Positions 13,363 through 26,229 of a stretch of DNA of 64,000 nucleotides are shown one piece after another. The stretch covers positions 24,366,001 through 24,430,000 of the forward strand of contig NC_043012.1 of NCBI RefSeq assembly GCF_006345805.1, written 5' to 3'. Positions within the stretch are counted from its first letter, which is position 1; every line of letters begins with the position of its first letter. The translations under genes were made by a program, and so were the position numbers. The notes below the pieces were generated by a model that saw only the letters and a list, made by a program, of their open reading frames with translations, was not told where the DNA came from and searched no databases. Source of the stretch: Octopus sinensis. Lineage: Eukaryota.

Positions 13363-13620
13363 TAAGCCAAGTTATTGTGTCCTGCTAGATATATCATCTT
13401 TTCTAGTGTCAGTGTGTGTGTGTCGAATAACACACTCTATACACTCTTGTTTTCTAGTGTCTTAGTGATAGCTTCTGTTGTTACTACTACTACTACTACT
13501 ACTACTAGTACTACTACCACCACCACCACCACCACCACTACTACTGCTGCTGCTACTACTACTACTACTACTGTTGCTGCTGCTGCTTCTAGTACTTCTG
13601 CCATTGTTGTTATTACTAGT
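12300..13620. repeat. Cluster of trinucleotide (ATT, ACT, AGT, CAG, GAT, ACC) and TA repeats with short unique islands
   Basis: Seen directly. Confidence 0.85.
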
Positions 13621-14323
13621 GAATTATTAGTGCTAATAATACAGCAAAGCAATTTCCTCGCCAAGACATGCCCTCTGACCTTCATATAGCAATTAGCTTT
13701 CTTTCCTTTATTTATTTATTGTCATTTTTTTTTTTCAAATGTAAACACAGCACTAATGAACACAGGAGTTCAATTAGTTGTGTTTCAATTCCATATGAGT
13801 GATTTATTTTGTGGTTTGTGTTTTGTTAAAAATTTACTATTGTTTTCTTTCTTTCGTTTTTTTTTTTTTTTTTTTTTTCCGTTTTGTTTCATCTCATATG
13901 AAACTCTGACTATAATATAATAAAATATAATAAAATATGATAAAATATGGAGATTCTTCTAAGGAGTATTCAGAATTAGTCGTTACTTTTTTTTTTTTAG
14001 TCATTTTAATTAAAAATGACATTAGTATATGTAATAATTAAGTATACATAATGATTATCTCATCTTTAGTGAGAGTGGAGAAAGCATTGGCCATTGTAAA
14101 TTTATTTGAACATTCCACCAAAATGTCACGTGGACTCTGTTTTAGGGTTGGAGTGTTTGCTACAAAGAAAAATAAAAATATAAATAAGAAAATAAAGAAG
14201 AAAAACTCATTGTTGCTCTTATGCTCTGCTGTAAGTAATTTTGGGACGATAAAGTCGTTACAGGATTATTAGCAACATGTTTAAAACTGCCTCGCCATAT
14301 ATGTGTATATTTTAGTATTTAGT

Positions 14324-14604
14324 AGCCGCCTTGACTGGCTTCCGTGCAGGTGGCACGTAAAATGCACCAATCCGACCGTGGCCGATGCCAGCCTCGCCTG
14401 TCACCAGTGCAGGTGGCACGTAAAAAGCACCCACTACACTCACGGAGTGGTTGGCGTTAGGAAGGGCATCCAGCTGTAGAAACATTGCCAGATAAGACCG
14501 GAGCCTGGTGCAGCCTTCTGGCTTCCCAGATCCCCGGTCGAACCGTCCAACCCATGCTAGCATGGAGAACGGACGTTAAACGATGATGATGATGATGATG
14601 ATGA
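14324..14604 (+). mobile_element. Family C element, young copy
   Basis: Same body and (GAT)n tail as 10497-10895; about 5 differences over about 235 nt from the reverse complement of 55866-56109. Confidence 0.92.
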
Positions 14605-14679
14605 TTGCTGTTAGTACATTTAGCATCCAGGAGCAGATGATGACTAGCAGACTAAATGCCTTATAGTATTATATTATGC

Positions 14680-14942
14680 CCCACTTGTATCATCTCTTGT
14701 GAAAGGTAGAAGGGTCCAGTTTACTGGACATTGTTGTAGAGCTGAAAACGAGGTAATTTCTACTCTTCTCCCCTGGAAGCCATCTGCTCGCGATACCAGA
14801 GGGCGCACACTCTCCTACCCTGATGTAATCTCCAGGGATACAGGCATCCAGCAACAGGACCTCCGTAATGCTATGATGGACCGTGAAGTCTGGTGTAACA
14901 TAGTAAATTCCATTGTCTCGACCACGGTCGAACAATGATGAT
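14680..14942 (+). mobile_element. RTE-clade LINE, 5'-truncated 3' end (C-terminus of the ORF)
   Basis: Translation KGRRVQFTGHCCRAENEVISTLLPWKP..RGRTLSYPDVISRDTG..DLRNAMMDREVW matches the RTE C-terminal pattern RRLRFAGH..LLW.P..RGRP..Y..DTG..M.DR..WR; a short (TGA)n tail follows the stop. Confidence 0.85.
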
Positions 14943-15519
14943 TATATTCTGAGTTCAAATCCTGCTAGCTTGACTGTTTTATAACCGAAATCGCCGTTGA
15001 CATTTTTATATTTCTTTGTCTGGCCAAAGTGAGGGTCAGAATAACCAGACCACTACCTTAACAAACATGCATACACATAGAAGCGATTCTTGTACTTCAC
15101 AGCATAAGAATCCATTTTTAATAACATTCCTACCCATGAGAACCAATGAGAGATCCTCACATGGTTGCTGAACTTGCCAGAAATTGAGCCAAAAGTCCCT
15201 CAAATTTACACCCTACCACCTTAAATTAAGAAGGAGATTTGGTCCCGAAAGTTTAGACGCTTACTTATAAATACCTGTTGTCATGGACCGGCTTGATTAA
15301 AGTTAACTTGGCAGGTGGGTGGCGGTGCTAAACAACTACTACCTTGGATCTTAATGTATATGTATTTGTGTGTGTGATTTTGGACTCTCCTATCATAGAA
15401 AACAGGTGAAGGTTCTACAGTTCCTTGCTGAACATGCCGTATTCATGATTTGTTAATAGTGATCAAATTTTTGAGCTCTACATTAGCTTCCTCTCTCCGT
15501 CAAATCAACATTGCCTGTA

Positions 15520-15670
15520 TAGGTGCATGGCGTGCCACATGTCAAAGATCATAGTGAGTGCAGAGTAATGTGAAATGAGGTGTTTTGCTCAAGAACACAA
15601 CCCACTGCCTGGTCTGGGAATCAAAACTAGGATCTTGCAATCATAAGTGCAACACACCCCTAGCTCAGTT
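15520..15670 (-). mobile_element. Second tRNA/CORE-type SINE head, diverged
   Basis: Reverse complement gives a tRNA-like head followed by gtgttcttgagcaaaacac (CORE-like). Confidence 0.5.
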
Positions 15671-15959
15671 ACCCTTATGTATAATATTAATGCATGTATT
15701 TGTGTGTGTAGACATATATTTATACATAAATTCAAATTCTCCCATGGGCCTGGAGAAGAGTATGGTAAAACAACACCTGTTTAGTTTTAAGTCTTCAAAA
15801 TTTTCTGCAGGTCTTCATTCTTCACTTTGTTTTTAAATTCTAGGAAGCAACAGTGAATGGTGAAGTAAGAATAAATATTTTGCATATTTTTTTTCCTTTC
15901 TTCATTTCCCTTAAGTTGGCCGTTTTTCATATAAATTCTATTATTAGTTATAATTAATC

Positions 15960-16140
15960 ATCATCATTATTTACTGTTGTCTTCTATGCTGGCATGGGTT
16001 GATGAACCAAGGGAATCTGATGAGATAGAGAACAGCATTGGGCTCCTGTGTCTGCTTTGGCATGGTTTCTATAGCTGGATGCCCTTCCTAATGCCAGCCA
16101 CTTTTTGTGGGTACTTTCTTCATGGCACCATTGCAAGGTC
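15960..16140 (-). mobile_element. Family C element, diverged
   Basis: Contains gctggatgcccttcctaatgccagcc and catgggttg. Confidence 0.7.
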
Positions 16141-16167
16141 ACCAAGCAACTAACAAAACAAAAATTA

Positions 16168-16198
<31 letters not shown>

Positions 16199-16563
16199 AT
16201 CAGCTTATAGAGGTTCTACCCATACAAACATAGTGTTAAGCTATTATTTTTACCTTATGAGTACAACGTTTAGCTTCTTTGATCGTATATCTGTGTAATC
16301 TTTTTTCTGATGACAGACGAAACCATTTAGGTTGAATCTCAAACTATGTAAATATTTGAAGTTTCTGCTTGTGCTTAGGCGAAACAATCTGGTGAAGAAG
16401 TTTGCTTCCAACTTTGTGCTTCCAAGTAGGTCTTATTCCACTTCACAGCATCTTGAGCAAGTGTTTCAGATTGACCAATACCTACTATCTTCAATGGAAT
16501 TCAGTGAATGAAACTGTACAGGAGTCTGTTTTGAGTGTGTGTGTGTGTACATACACACAAACA

Positions 16564-16603
<40 letters not shown>

Positions 16604-16605
<2 letters not shown>

Positions 16606-16870
16606 TAGAGTTTATGAAAAAAACAAGAGATGAAGACAGGTGGTGTACAATATATATGTGACCGCGTGTGTACCGTTGGAGATTTTTTTTCCTCTGTCTT
16701 ACCTTCTCTGGATCTTTCCTTCTCCTATGTTTCCGACGAAGAGCTCCGCTCTAAACGTTAATCCCTCCTTCTTCCCTTCCTTTCTGAGCGTCCAATAATA
16801 CTATATTTGTTCCACGTCCTCGCGTTGTTGTGTTTTCTCTTTGTGTTTTCATGTTTGGATTAACTATATA
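16604..16870 (+). mobile_element. Penelope-like terminal remnant between (TA)n tracts, with a degenerate hammerhead motif
   Basis: gttt-CCGACGA-a-gagc(tcc)gctc-TAAA-cgt-t-aatc at 16729-16763; both ends abut (TA)n. Confidence 0.55.
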
Positions 16871-18864
16871 TATATATACATACACACACACACATATATA
16901 TATGTATGTATGTATGTATATACATGCATACATATAAATGCATATGTGTGTCTGACCTTGTCTTTGTGTATGCTTACATCATTTTAAAAACTAGTGGTTT
17001 TTATATTGTGGTTACTTTATGTCCTGTAACTTAGCTGCTTGACAAACAGCTATCAACAAAATAAATATAAGATTGAAAAAAGTACTAGGGGTGTCAATAT
17101 GATTGAGTAGAAATCCTTTAAAGTGTTGTCCCGGCATAGCTGCAGCCCAGCATTACAACCCGCTAAAACAACTCACAGACACACACACAGACACGCAATC
17201 ACTTCCACTCTTTGCCCCCCTTCTGCCCTCTCTCTCCCTCTTATGTACATGCTTATGCTCACACATTAATTTTAAGTAATAAAATGAAAGTTTTTCGTCT
17301 CCATGTACATATTGTTTTTATCTTCTCGTGAAAATAACAAAAGTATATAAAATATCTATTTGTATTCTATCTTTTGGTCATATTGTTTATTATCCATCCA
17401 TATATTTATATTACGGGCTAGACGCATGTGTATCTTACTCCAGTATGAAAAGATATCTTTGTAATGTTACTTCTGTTTTGAAATTGCTAATCTATATCAA
17501 ATTATATGTAAAAAAAAAAAAGAAAAAAAAAGAAAGAAAAAAACAACAACCAAACAAAAACAAATGAACAAAACACAGCAAGAAAAAACAACAAAAAAAC
17601 ACTACAAACAATAATAATAATGATGTCAAAATTGCAACACTTGAAGCAAACAGTGATTGAACAAATTTCTTTTCTTGTCAAATATATCACATTATTGCAA
17701 ATGATATAACAACAATAACAACAACAGCAGCAGCAATAATATCTTGAAGTGGGTTTTTTTCTTTCTTTTTGTTGTTATTTGTAAGAATTATTTTCATTGT
17801 TATTAATGGAGACTGTATCAACGAGAAACTAATAATCAAACAAATAAACAAAAAAAAAGAAGAAAAAAAACTTTCATTTCATTCTATGAATGTTTGCAGG
17901 AAATGTCAACTTTAAATCGCTAACCTTGGGCCTAGGTCAATATTTTTGGAGTAGATTTTTCACTTAATTTTTTAAAATTGCTATATTTTCTTATTTGTCT
18001 TGTACTTTTCCAGACTAGTTCATTATTATTATTATTATTATTATTATCATTATTATTATTATTACTATTATTTATGAAAAGTTTCCTTGATATCTGCTGT
18101 ATTTACACATTACCTCCCCTGTGTGCCACCCAGACACCCGAGGTGGATAACAGACATGATTTTCTTAATACATTACACAATTATATGATGTCAAAAAAGT
18201 GGTGGTACTCGATGAATTTTTTTTTTAAAAACATGCACACATAAGTGCTCAATAAAACTGCTATAAAACTATGAAATTTAAGGTGACAGTGCCCTTTATA
18301 AAATATGCACAGCACTCATTAGAATTATTCTCTGCATTTTTTTTAGGTAGGATTTCCTTGGTTCAATATCTATGAATGTTATTATTACTATTTCGTAGTT
18401 TTATACAAAATACTTTGTAACGCGAGATTTACTCCTTATCAATCTTGAATGAGTTCTATAACAGTTTAAAATAACATACTGACATATATTATCATAGTAC
18501 TCCCACCAACCTTTTTGGGGGTGAGGAGAAAGAATTGCAATGATTGGTCAGTTGATGTGGTGAACTTTGTTCTCATTTGGTGGAATCTTCTTTTCAAAGA
18601 TAGTCGTTAAAATAAAAGTTTTAAAAATTGGTACAAATTATCTGCAAATTTCCACAATTCTTTAAAAGTTTTTGAATGGAGAAAATCTTAGTGAAGATAT
18701 TGTAGAATTGGTGGTGGGGAGTATTGTAAAAGAACATTTGATATTTCTGTATCTTAACTTATGTTCATTCTTTCTGGTTTTCAACTTACCCAATTACATT
18801 CCCTTGTAGAAATGGAAAAAGTTTAAATTCCAAGTTATTGTCTATTGTCATTATTATTATTATT

Positions 18865-19471
18865 AAGGTGGAAAGCTGGCAGAAACGTTAACAGGTTGGA
18901 TGAAATGCTTAGTGGTATTTTGCCCATCACTATGTTCTGAGTTCAAATTTTGACAAGGTTGACTTTGCCTTTCATTCTTTCAGTGTCAATAAAATAAGTA
19001 CCAGTCAAGGCCTAGGGTCAATGTAATTGACTTACTCCCTCCTCCGAAATTTCTGGCCTGGTGCCAGAATTTGAGATCATTATTATTCTTATTATGGCAA
19101 TGAGCTGGCACAATTGTTAGCATGCTGGGTAAAATGCCTAAAAGTGGCACCTTTCATCTTTATTTTCTGAGTTCAAATTCTGTCGAGGTCAATTTTGCCT
19201 CTCATCCTTTCAGAGTTGATGAAATGAATCCCTGTCAAGAACTGGGGGTTGATATAATAACTAGTTAGCCACCTCCTCACCAAATTTCAGGCTTTGTGCC
19301 TATAGTAGAAAGGACGATGATTATTAATAAATCAGTGAGCTGGCAAAATTGTTAGCAGCAATTTTTCCGGTTGATTTTTGCCTTTCATCCTTTTGGGGCC
19401 AATGAAGTAAGGACTAGTGAAGTTCTTGCGTCATTTAAAGAATTTCAGGCCTTGTGCCTATAGAAGAAAGG

Positions 19472-19515
<44 letters not shown>
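18865..19515 (+). mobile_element. Three head-to-tail family B SINEs
   Basis: Copies at about 18865-19090, 19095-19326 and 19332-19515 (the last internally deleted). Each starts with (g)agctggca and ends in an ATT-rich tail. Confidence 0.85.
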
Positions 19516-19517
<2 letters not shown>

Positions 19518-20309
19518 CTTTTCCTGTTTATATCGTAGTCAAGACAATCTTTTAAATAAATGTAAGTTTTAATAATTCCCTTGTAATTTTAAAATAGATA
19601 AAGAAAATTTTTTTTTTTTTTGGGGTGCTACACTATATTGAATGAACTTTTGGATAATTAAATATTTAGCCAGTGATCCTTTAAAGTGTTAAAGTGTGTG
19701 TTCTACAATATAGAAACTGAAAAGCGAAACAAACAACGAATAAACAAATAAAACAGCAGCAAAGTCTTATCTATCCTATCGTAAATATTCATTGCTTAAA
19801 GATTGATATACGGTTCATTGATGATCGGTTCCCCATCATCATTAAATCATTTCTGCCTAAAGAACATGAAGGTGGAAATGAAGCAATTGCTTTCAGCATA
19901 ATTAATAAACTAGACCACTGAACTGTGACATCCTTCATAAATTGCTGTTCTATGGCACCCTTCCAAAAAATTTTTCTCCTTTCTGTTCTTTTCTGACAGC
20001 CCTATATATATGTATGCTCATGTATGAAAACTTCGAGAATGTTCAAAATCTTAACTTAGAAATTTTCAGTCTCACACCCACACGTAATGTTTGTTTTAGG
20101 TCGTTCCCGAAAAACTGCCGACTACATTAGCTGGACATCATACTGGTGCTATACACACACACACACACATACATACATACATACATACATACATACATAC
20201 ATACAAACATACATCTGTACGTACATGCATGCATATGTATACTCACACACACACAAACACAGAGGCTGGATAAGAATCACATTTGAGTACCCCTGTTACC
20301 TAAATATTT

Positions 20310-20740
20310 CATCATCATCATCATCATCTTTGTTCAACATCCACTTTTCCACGTTCTCATGTTTTGGATGGAATTTATAGTTGAGGCAAATTTTCTGTCA
20401 CTGGATGCCTTTCCTGTCACTCACCTCACTGTTTCCAAGTAAAGTGGTATTTCCCTTGGATTGACATGTTTTTCACAAAAGGCTGAGTACAAACAACCTT
20501 GCATGATGATGATGATGCTCAATTACAAACATCCCACCATCACATGATCTGTAGACAAGGGCACATGCAAACATATATATACACATACATAGATGTATAT
20601 AGTACCTTCCTTCAGTTTCCATTTCCTACAGAAGGCTTTTATCAGATATTTGCCCCTACTGACACACAATGGGACTGAACCCAACTCCCTGTTGTTGAGA
20701 AAACAGCTTCTTAACCATGTTACCATAGCCACACATGGAA
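20310..20740 (-). mobile_element. Composite SINE: family A head/CORE, microsatellite, then C2 RTE-type tail
   Basis: Same architecture as 27750-28185 in reverse; (CAT)n tail on +. Confidence 0.65.
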
Positions 20741-21180
20741 TGGATAGTAATCGGCTTTTGAGTATATCTGTGTTACCCAGCTCCTGTAAAGATACAAGAA
20801 TTAGAAATGTATATACAAGAATGCAAGAAATAAAGTTGGCAGTAAAAAATAATTACTATTTGTTGTTTAGTTTCAAACTGGCACTGATTCGACTGAGCCA
20901 TATTCAAGAGACAAACAAGCTCTAATCATCCTTTCCTTTTTTGTTCTTCTTCTTCTTTCCAAAGTTATATAGCCGTGATTATATTATCCTACGTCTCCTT
21001 TTTTAATACATTAAGTTGTGATCTGAAGGAAGTTTGGTTACTATTTCTTGTAGATAAACTGAATGTGTAGAGACACCTTCATTGGCTTGACTAATAACCA
21101 AGCAGAAACGGTTTTATGGTGACCCCTTATACGAACTACCCCAAGTTAGATGATGAAAGATTTTACTTCTAGTGTCCAAG

Positions 21181-21310
21181 AATACAAGGAAGGAGGCATA
21201 TGATGTGCATGGAGCTTACATTAAGGGCACAAGGAATGAAAATGGCATTGAGTTCTTGGGGCTCTTGGAGTTTAGATGAATTTACCCTCTGTAAATTTCA
21301 GAAATCTAAT
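21181..21310 (+). mobile_element. Degenerate LINE (RTE-like) APE endonuclease fragment
   Basis: Frame reads AYDVHGAYIKGTRNENGIEFLGLLEF, resembling the RTE endonuclease motif HGG.G.G.RN.EG..LLEF; a stop follows. Confidence 0.4.
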
Positions 21311-21316
21311 GACTGG

Positions 21317-21347
<31 letters not shown>

Positions 21348-22997
21348 ACACACACACTCACATGCACATACACACATATGCACACATGCACACATGCACA
21401 CATACTGAATTGGTGCGAGCTTGATTTTGTCCTGTTCAGTGAAATGGTTATACATATATATATATATGTCTATCCCCTAAGTAGAATACTCTCTCAAATA
21501 GGGACTAGTGGAGATCCCTAACCAGAAGAAAAAGGTGATTATTGAAATTGAAATAGATCTCTGATGATAAAAATTACACTCAGTTCTATATATGGAAATA
21601 TACTCCTTGCCAATTAAAGATTCATGGATATTTTACCCATTAGTCACTTGAAGAACTAATTAATTTCAAATTTGAAGTGTTTGTCTTTGTGTTGAGCCTT
21701 TGACATTGTACATCACCTGTTGAGTTTTGAGTCTTTTCTTATTCCAACCTCGACATCTCTTTGCTTTGAGGATATCAGCTTTCGTTTTTTTTCAATTGAA
21801 AGCAAATGCATACAAAATATCAACTGCATTTCTTCAAAAAAAAGCTTCTTAAAAGAACATTTACAAATCAAGAAGAAAAAAAATGATAATAATTAATAAA
21901 GAAAAAGTTAGAGAAATTTCTGAAAATATTTTAATTCTTTTTTTTTAAATATTGCAAGTTAAAATTTTTTTCCAGCTCAGCATTTTAAAACTATGAATGC
22001 CTATATTTTTTCCTTTTTTCTTTTTCCTTTTTGCAGCTGTTCATAAATTTAAACTAAAGAAAGATAAATAAATAACGTATTAAATTTTAGCTCCTGTTAC
22101 TTATAAAGGAATGCTGTAGTTGCTATTCATTTTCGCTTGTTGTTTACGAGAAATTGGATTTGATAGCTGTTTGTGTTAAGTTTCTTTGTAACATGAAAAA
22201 TATTGTGAAGACATTGTTTACAATGGACAAATTATTATTTGACATTCTTGTTCTCGTATGTGGTTCGTCGTATGGATCCATAGTCAGGCTGGAGACTTTA
22301 TCTGTTGCAGGCTTATTGTTGCTAACCAATGACACACACATGGATTTGCTGACATATTCTACCATAATACATTATTGTTAGCCTAGGATCTCTTTACAAA
22401 TTTCATATCAGACTCTTTCATTCTCGCTACAACATGTAACACACACACACACGCACACATACATATGCAAGTTATGAGTTTTCATGATTAAGTGGCCTAG
22501 AAATAAAAAGAAATTGTATAGACAGATAATACCTTCTCTCACTATGCTACTTCAGACAAAATATGTGATTTGTAATAATTGGTTTAGAAAAGCTGTAGTT
22601 TCCAACTAAGTTCATCATTATATTTGACAACCCAGCTCAAGATATTTCTAATAACTCCATCATGTATCAATCATCATCATCATCATCATCATCATTTTTC
22701 TGTGTAGAAAATTCAAAGGGGTATATATTTTATTCAGATAAACTACTGAGTTCATTCTAACATTTTCTCATGGGGAAGGTTGCCGGGGGAAGAAGCGCAG
22801 GGGTGGGTGGTGGGTGGGTGAGAGACCAAATGTTACCTTTAACTGATCATTGCAAATTGATCAACTTATTCACCATCTTTGAGTGTCTGTCTGTCTGTCT
22901 GTCTGTCTTTATTTCTGCTCCCATCTCTTGACAGCTGCACTCTGGTAACAGCTGCACTACAAGACAGGCTGTTTCTGCCACTGCTGCATCATCGTCG

Positions 22998-23032
<35 letters not shown>

Positions 23033-23305
23033 TTCTTCTTCTTCACCCTCTTCTTCTCCTCATCCTCCTCTATAAATTCACACTAAACCTTCACTGCAAA
23101 AGTCTCAGGAATGCTTACATACCCGAGAGTTGCCCCAGTCTTCCGTTTGATATCCTGTTATCGTTTCGTTATCATTGTCAGTATTTTCCATATTATCTAA
23201 AACCCGCAAGTAGCTCTTCTCTCTTCAAAACAAACATTCATTTATATTTATTACACCTCTGTAAGTTATGAAAAAAAAAAAAAACCTCATTCATTTCAAG
23301 AATTT

Positions 23306-23490
23306 TAAAAAGCACCCACTACACTCATGGAGTGGTTGGCGTTAGGAAGGGCATCCAGCCGTAGAAACACTGCCAGATTTGACTGGGCCTGATGAAGCCT
23401 TCTGGCTTCACAGACCCCAGTAGAACCGTCCAACCCATGCTAGCATGGAAAACGGACGCTAAACGATGATGATGATGATGATGATGATGA
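23306..23490 (+). mobile_element. Family C element
   Basis: Body and (GAT)n tail as in 10720-10895. Confidence 0.9.
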
Positions 23491-23730
23491 TTTCTAAACA
23501 AACTGGAATACTTCTGATTATGGTTTTGCCCCCCGCTTTTTTTTTTTCATGAATTGTCATTGCAAAGGAAGCATTACTGTGTATTAGGGCTTCTATCAGA
23601 TTCTAACATGTTGGTTAATTGAGAAAAGATTTCTGACCATCTCTTACCATCAGTGGGATGTTGGTTTGTCATAGATTTCTATCTAAGAACCAAATTCGAA
23701 TCTAGTCTCTCTCTCTCTCTCTTTCTTTTT

Positions 23731-24060
23731 GGGCTGGTTGCCCAGACCAAAACCACTCTTTCTCTTCAAGCGTTCCTGTCTTCCATGATATTTATCCGGT
23801 CTTCTATTTCTAACTCAACATCATGAGAAATTTGATTAATGTACGTCATTCTGGGTCATCTGATATGGGAATTCCCATGGCTTGAGATCCACAAAAGGAG
23901 ATCACTTGCTAATTAATCTCTGCTTTGATAGCAGTGACCAGCACATGTTGTGTCCTCTGCTTACAGGACAACACTGAATCTTGTATTACCAGCCAATTTA
24001 ACATTTGGCAATTATGTAGTTCTTCTACAGTGGACTGCACCTCTCAGAAGTATCTACATT
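23731..24060 (-). mobile_element. Decayed RTE-clade LINE 3' end (a different family from 14680)
   Basis: Minus frame reads AGHCYQSRD*LASDLLLWISSHG..R*PRMTYINQISHDVELEIED..IMEDRNA*RERV, the RTE C-terminus with in-frame stops. Confidence 0.8.
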
Positions 24061-24991
24061 ATGTCTAAATTCACTTGGTTAGCAGTGATATGTTTATAGT
24101 TGGGTGTGTTGGTTGGAGAGCAAGACCGGGTATCATGAACGTAATCATCGACTCTTCGGTTAACTGGCCTCATCCCTTACTCGTTCAATTGCAACATTGG
24201 GTTATATATTGTTATAAATAAGAAGTCAATAATTCATGTTTTCATTAGCAAACACATCATTAGGCAAATAAACAAAAAAAAAAATAATAAATAATTGACT
24301 TGGGTAACTTTGCAAAAACACAGATCTAACCTAACAACAAAACTGATATTCCCATTGAAACGAACTCTCCTTTGTAGGTAATTATTGCTAGGGGTTGTTT
24401 TCTTCAGAGAATTAAGAGCTTTGCATTTGTCGCTTTCAGCAACATTTATTTCTGATTGATAAATGCTGGGTTCCGAGTGTTTGTTGTGCACCCTAAGCAC
24501 ACTGATGCACTGACCTGGGACAGCAAAAAGAAGAAGAAAAAAAAAAAACAAAGACAAGAAAATAATAATAATAATTATAATAATAATAATGTGTATGTTT
24601 CCAATTGTATGTCAGAAAAGTGATTACTTAATATTTACATTTTTATTCCATTTTCTCAGCCACATTGCATGCTTATGTATTTCTTTAACCTCAAATTTTC
24701 AGTCCATACAGTATTTTCGCTTTATCCTCTATAAATAAATAGTATTTTTGGACATTTTTGAATATCTATGTTTTCCAATCGCCGTTTTTTTCTCTTCTTT
24801 CTCTCTCTCTTTTTATGCTTTGTTAATGTGTGATTTTGCTTGAAACTGTCCTTTGCAAAAATATTCCGAATCTCTAGCAACTCTCTTTAGATCAGTTTTC
24901 AACTGTCTACTTGTTTTCCACTTCAAATATCATTTGTTGACTCCAACTATATATATATATGTATATATATATATGTGTGTGTGTATGTGTA

Positions 24992-25040
<49 letters not shown>

Positions 25041-25179
25041 AGAGTTTGTCTCACATGACTCACATTTCATGCCTCAGCAGTCTTTAATTTCACTATAAAA
25101 ACCCTAACCCTCAACAACATGTACCGAACATGCCTTTCCCATTTGTTCAACATAAAGCAGCACACACACGCATATACCT

Positions 25180-25575
25180 TTTATTTTTTTATGTCTTTTA
25201 GTCGTTAGGCTGCGGCCATGCTGGGGCACCGTCTTGAAGGGTAATGCCTGAACAAATCGACACCAGGGTTTACTTTTTTTAAGCTCAGTACTCATTCTAT
25301 TGATTTCTTTTGCTGAACTGCTAGGTTACCGGGACATAAACACACCGACATTAGTCGCCAAGTAGTGCTGGGGAATAAGCACAGACACTTAGATACACAA
25401 ACCCATCGATATATACACATAAATATCTATTCAATGGGCTTCTTTCAGGTTCCATCTACCAGACCCAATCATAAGGCTTTGGTTTGCCTGAGGCTATAGT
25501 AAAAGACACTTGCCCAAGATGCCATGCAGAGGGACTGAACCCAGAACCATGTGGTTGGGAACCATACCTGCGCCT
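25180..25575 (-). mobile_element. SINE family A, full length
   Basis: Colinear with 6723-7116. Confidence 0.85.
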
Positions 25576-25603
25576 ATATATATGTGTGTGTGTGTGTATG
25601 TAA

Positions 25604-25637
<34 letters not shown>

Positions 25638-25643
<6 letters not shown>

Positions 25644-25906
25644 AAGCACATAAATGTGAAACAAGGTGAGAAAAATAGTACTCGAATACCAGAGGTAGAG
25701 TAATATGTTTTATTAAAAACCAGCAAAAATATCACAAAAACTGTTACTCAGAGTTTCACGTTCCTGTTTGTCAGAAAGTTTTGTTTAGAATGGGAACATG
25801 AAACTCTGAATAACAGTTTTTGTGATATTTTGGAAACTGTTCGACGAATGGGAATGTGATACTCTGAGTAACAGTTTTTATGATAATTTTGCTGTTTTTT
25901 AATAAA
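25638..25906. mobile_element. Inverted Penelope-like/retrozyme-like element with three degenerate type I hammerhead motifs
   Basis: Motifs at 25739-25780 (-), about 25785-25818 (+, core truncated) and 25835-25876 (+); AATAAA downstream on each arm; TA-rich microsatellite on both flanks. Confidence 0.65.
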
Positions 25907-25923
25907 GTATATGTATGTATGTG

Positions 25924-25976
<53 letters not shown>

Positions 25977-25991
25977 CTTCTAGTCTCGAAT

Positions 25992-26039
<48 letters not shown>

Positions 26040-26229
26040 ATATATATAATACTTTTACATGAAGACAGTGTTTTCAAAGTTGCAGCCTTTGTCAAACTTC
26101 TACTGTCACCCTCTTCCTTGTAAAAGAACAGCAAATGCATCCTCTGTGGAAAGTATTGAGTAATCCTTTTGTTTCTTGTTAAAATGGTCTTATTATAACT
26201 TGATATTAAAATAAAGATAACAGAGGCAC

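Noticed and set aside
14680-14942. This RTE fragment as the partner LINE of family C
   Set aside because: They share only a TGA/GAT tail and an 8-mer (ggtcgaac); the terminal 40 nt differ.
18790-18802. 13-nt minus-strand microexon with a GTAAGT donor
   Set aside because: Frame-shifting length and no independent support.
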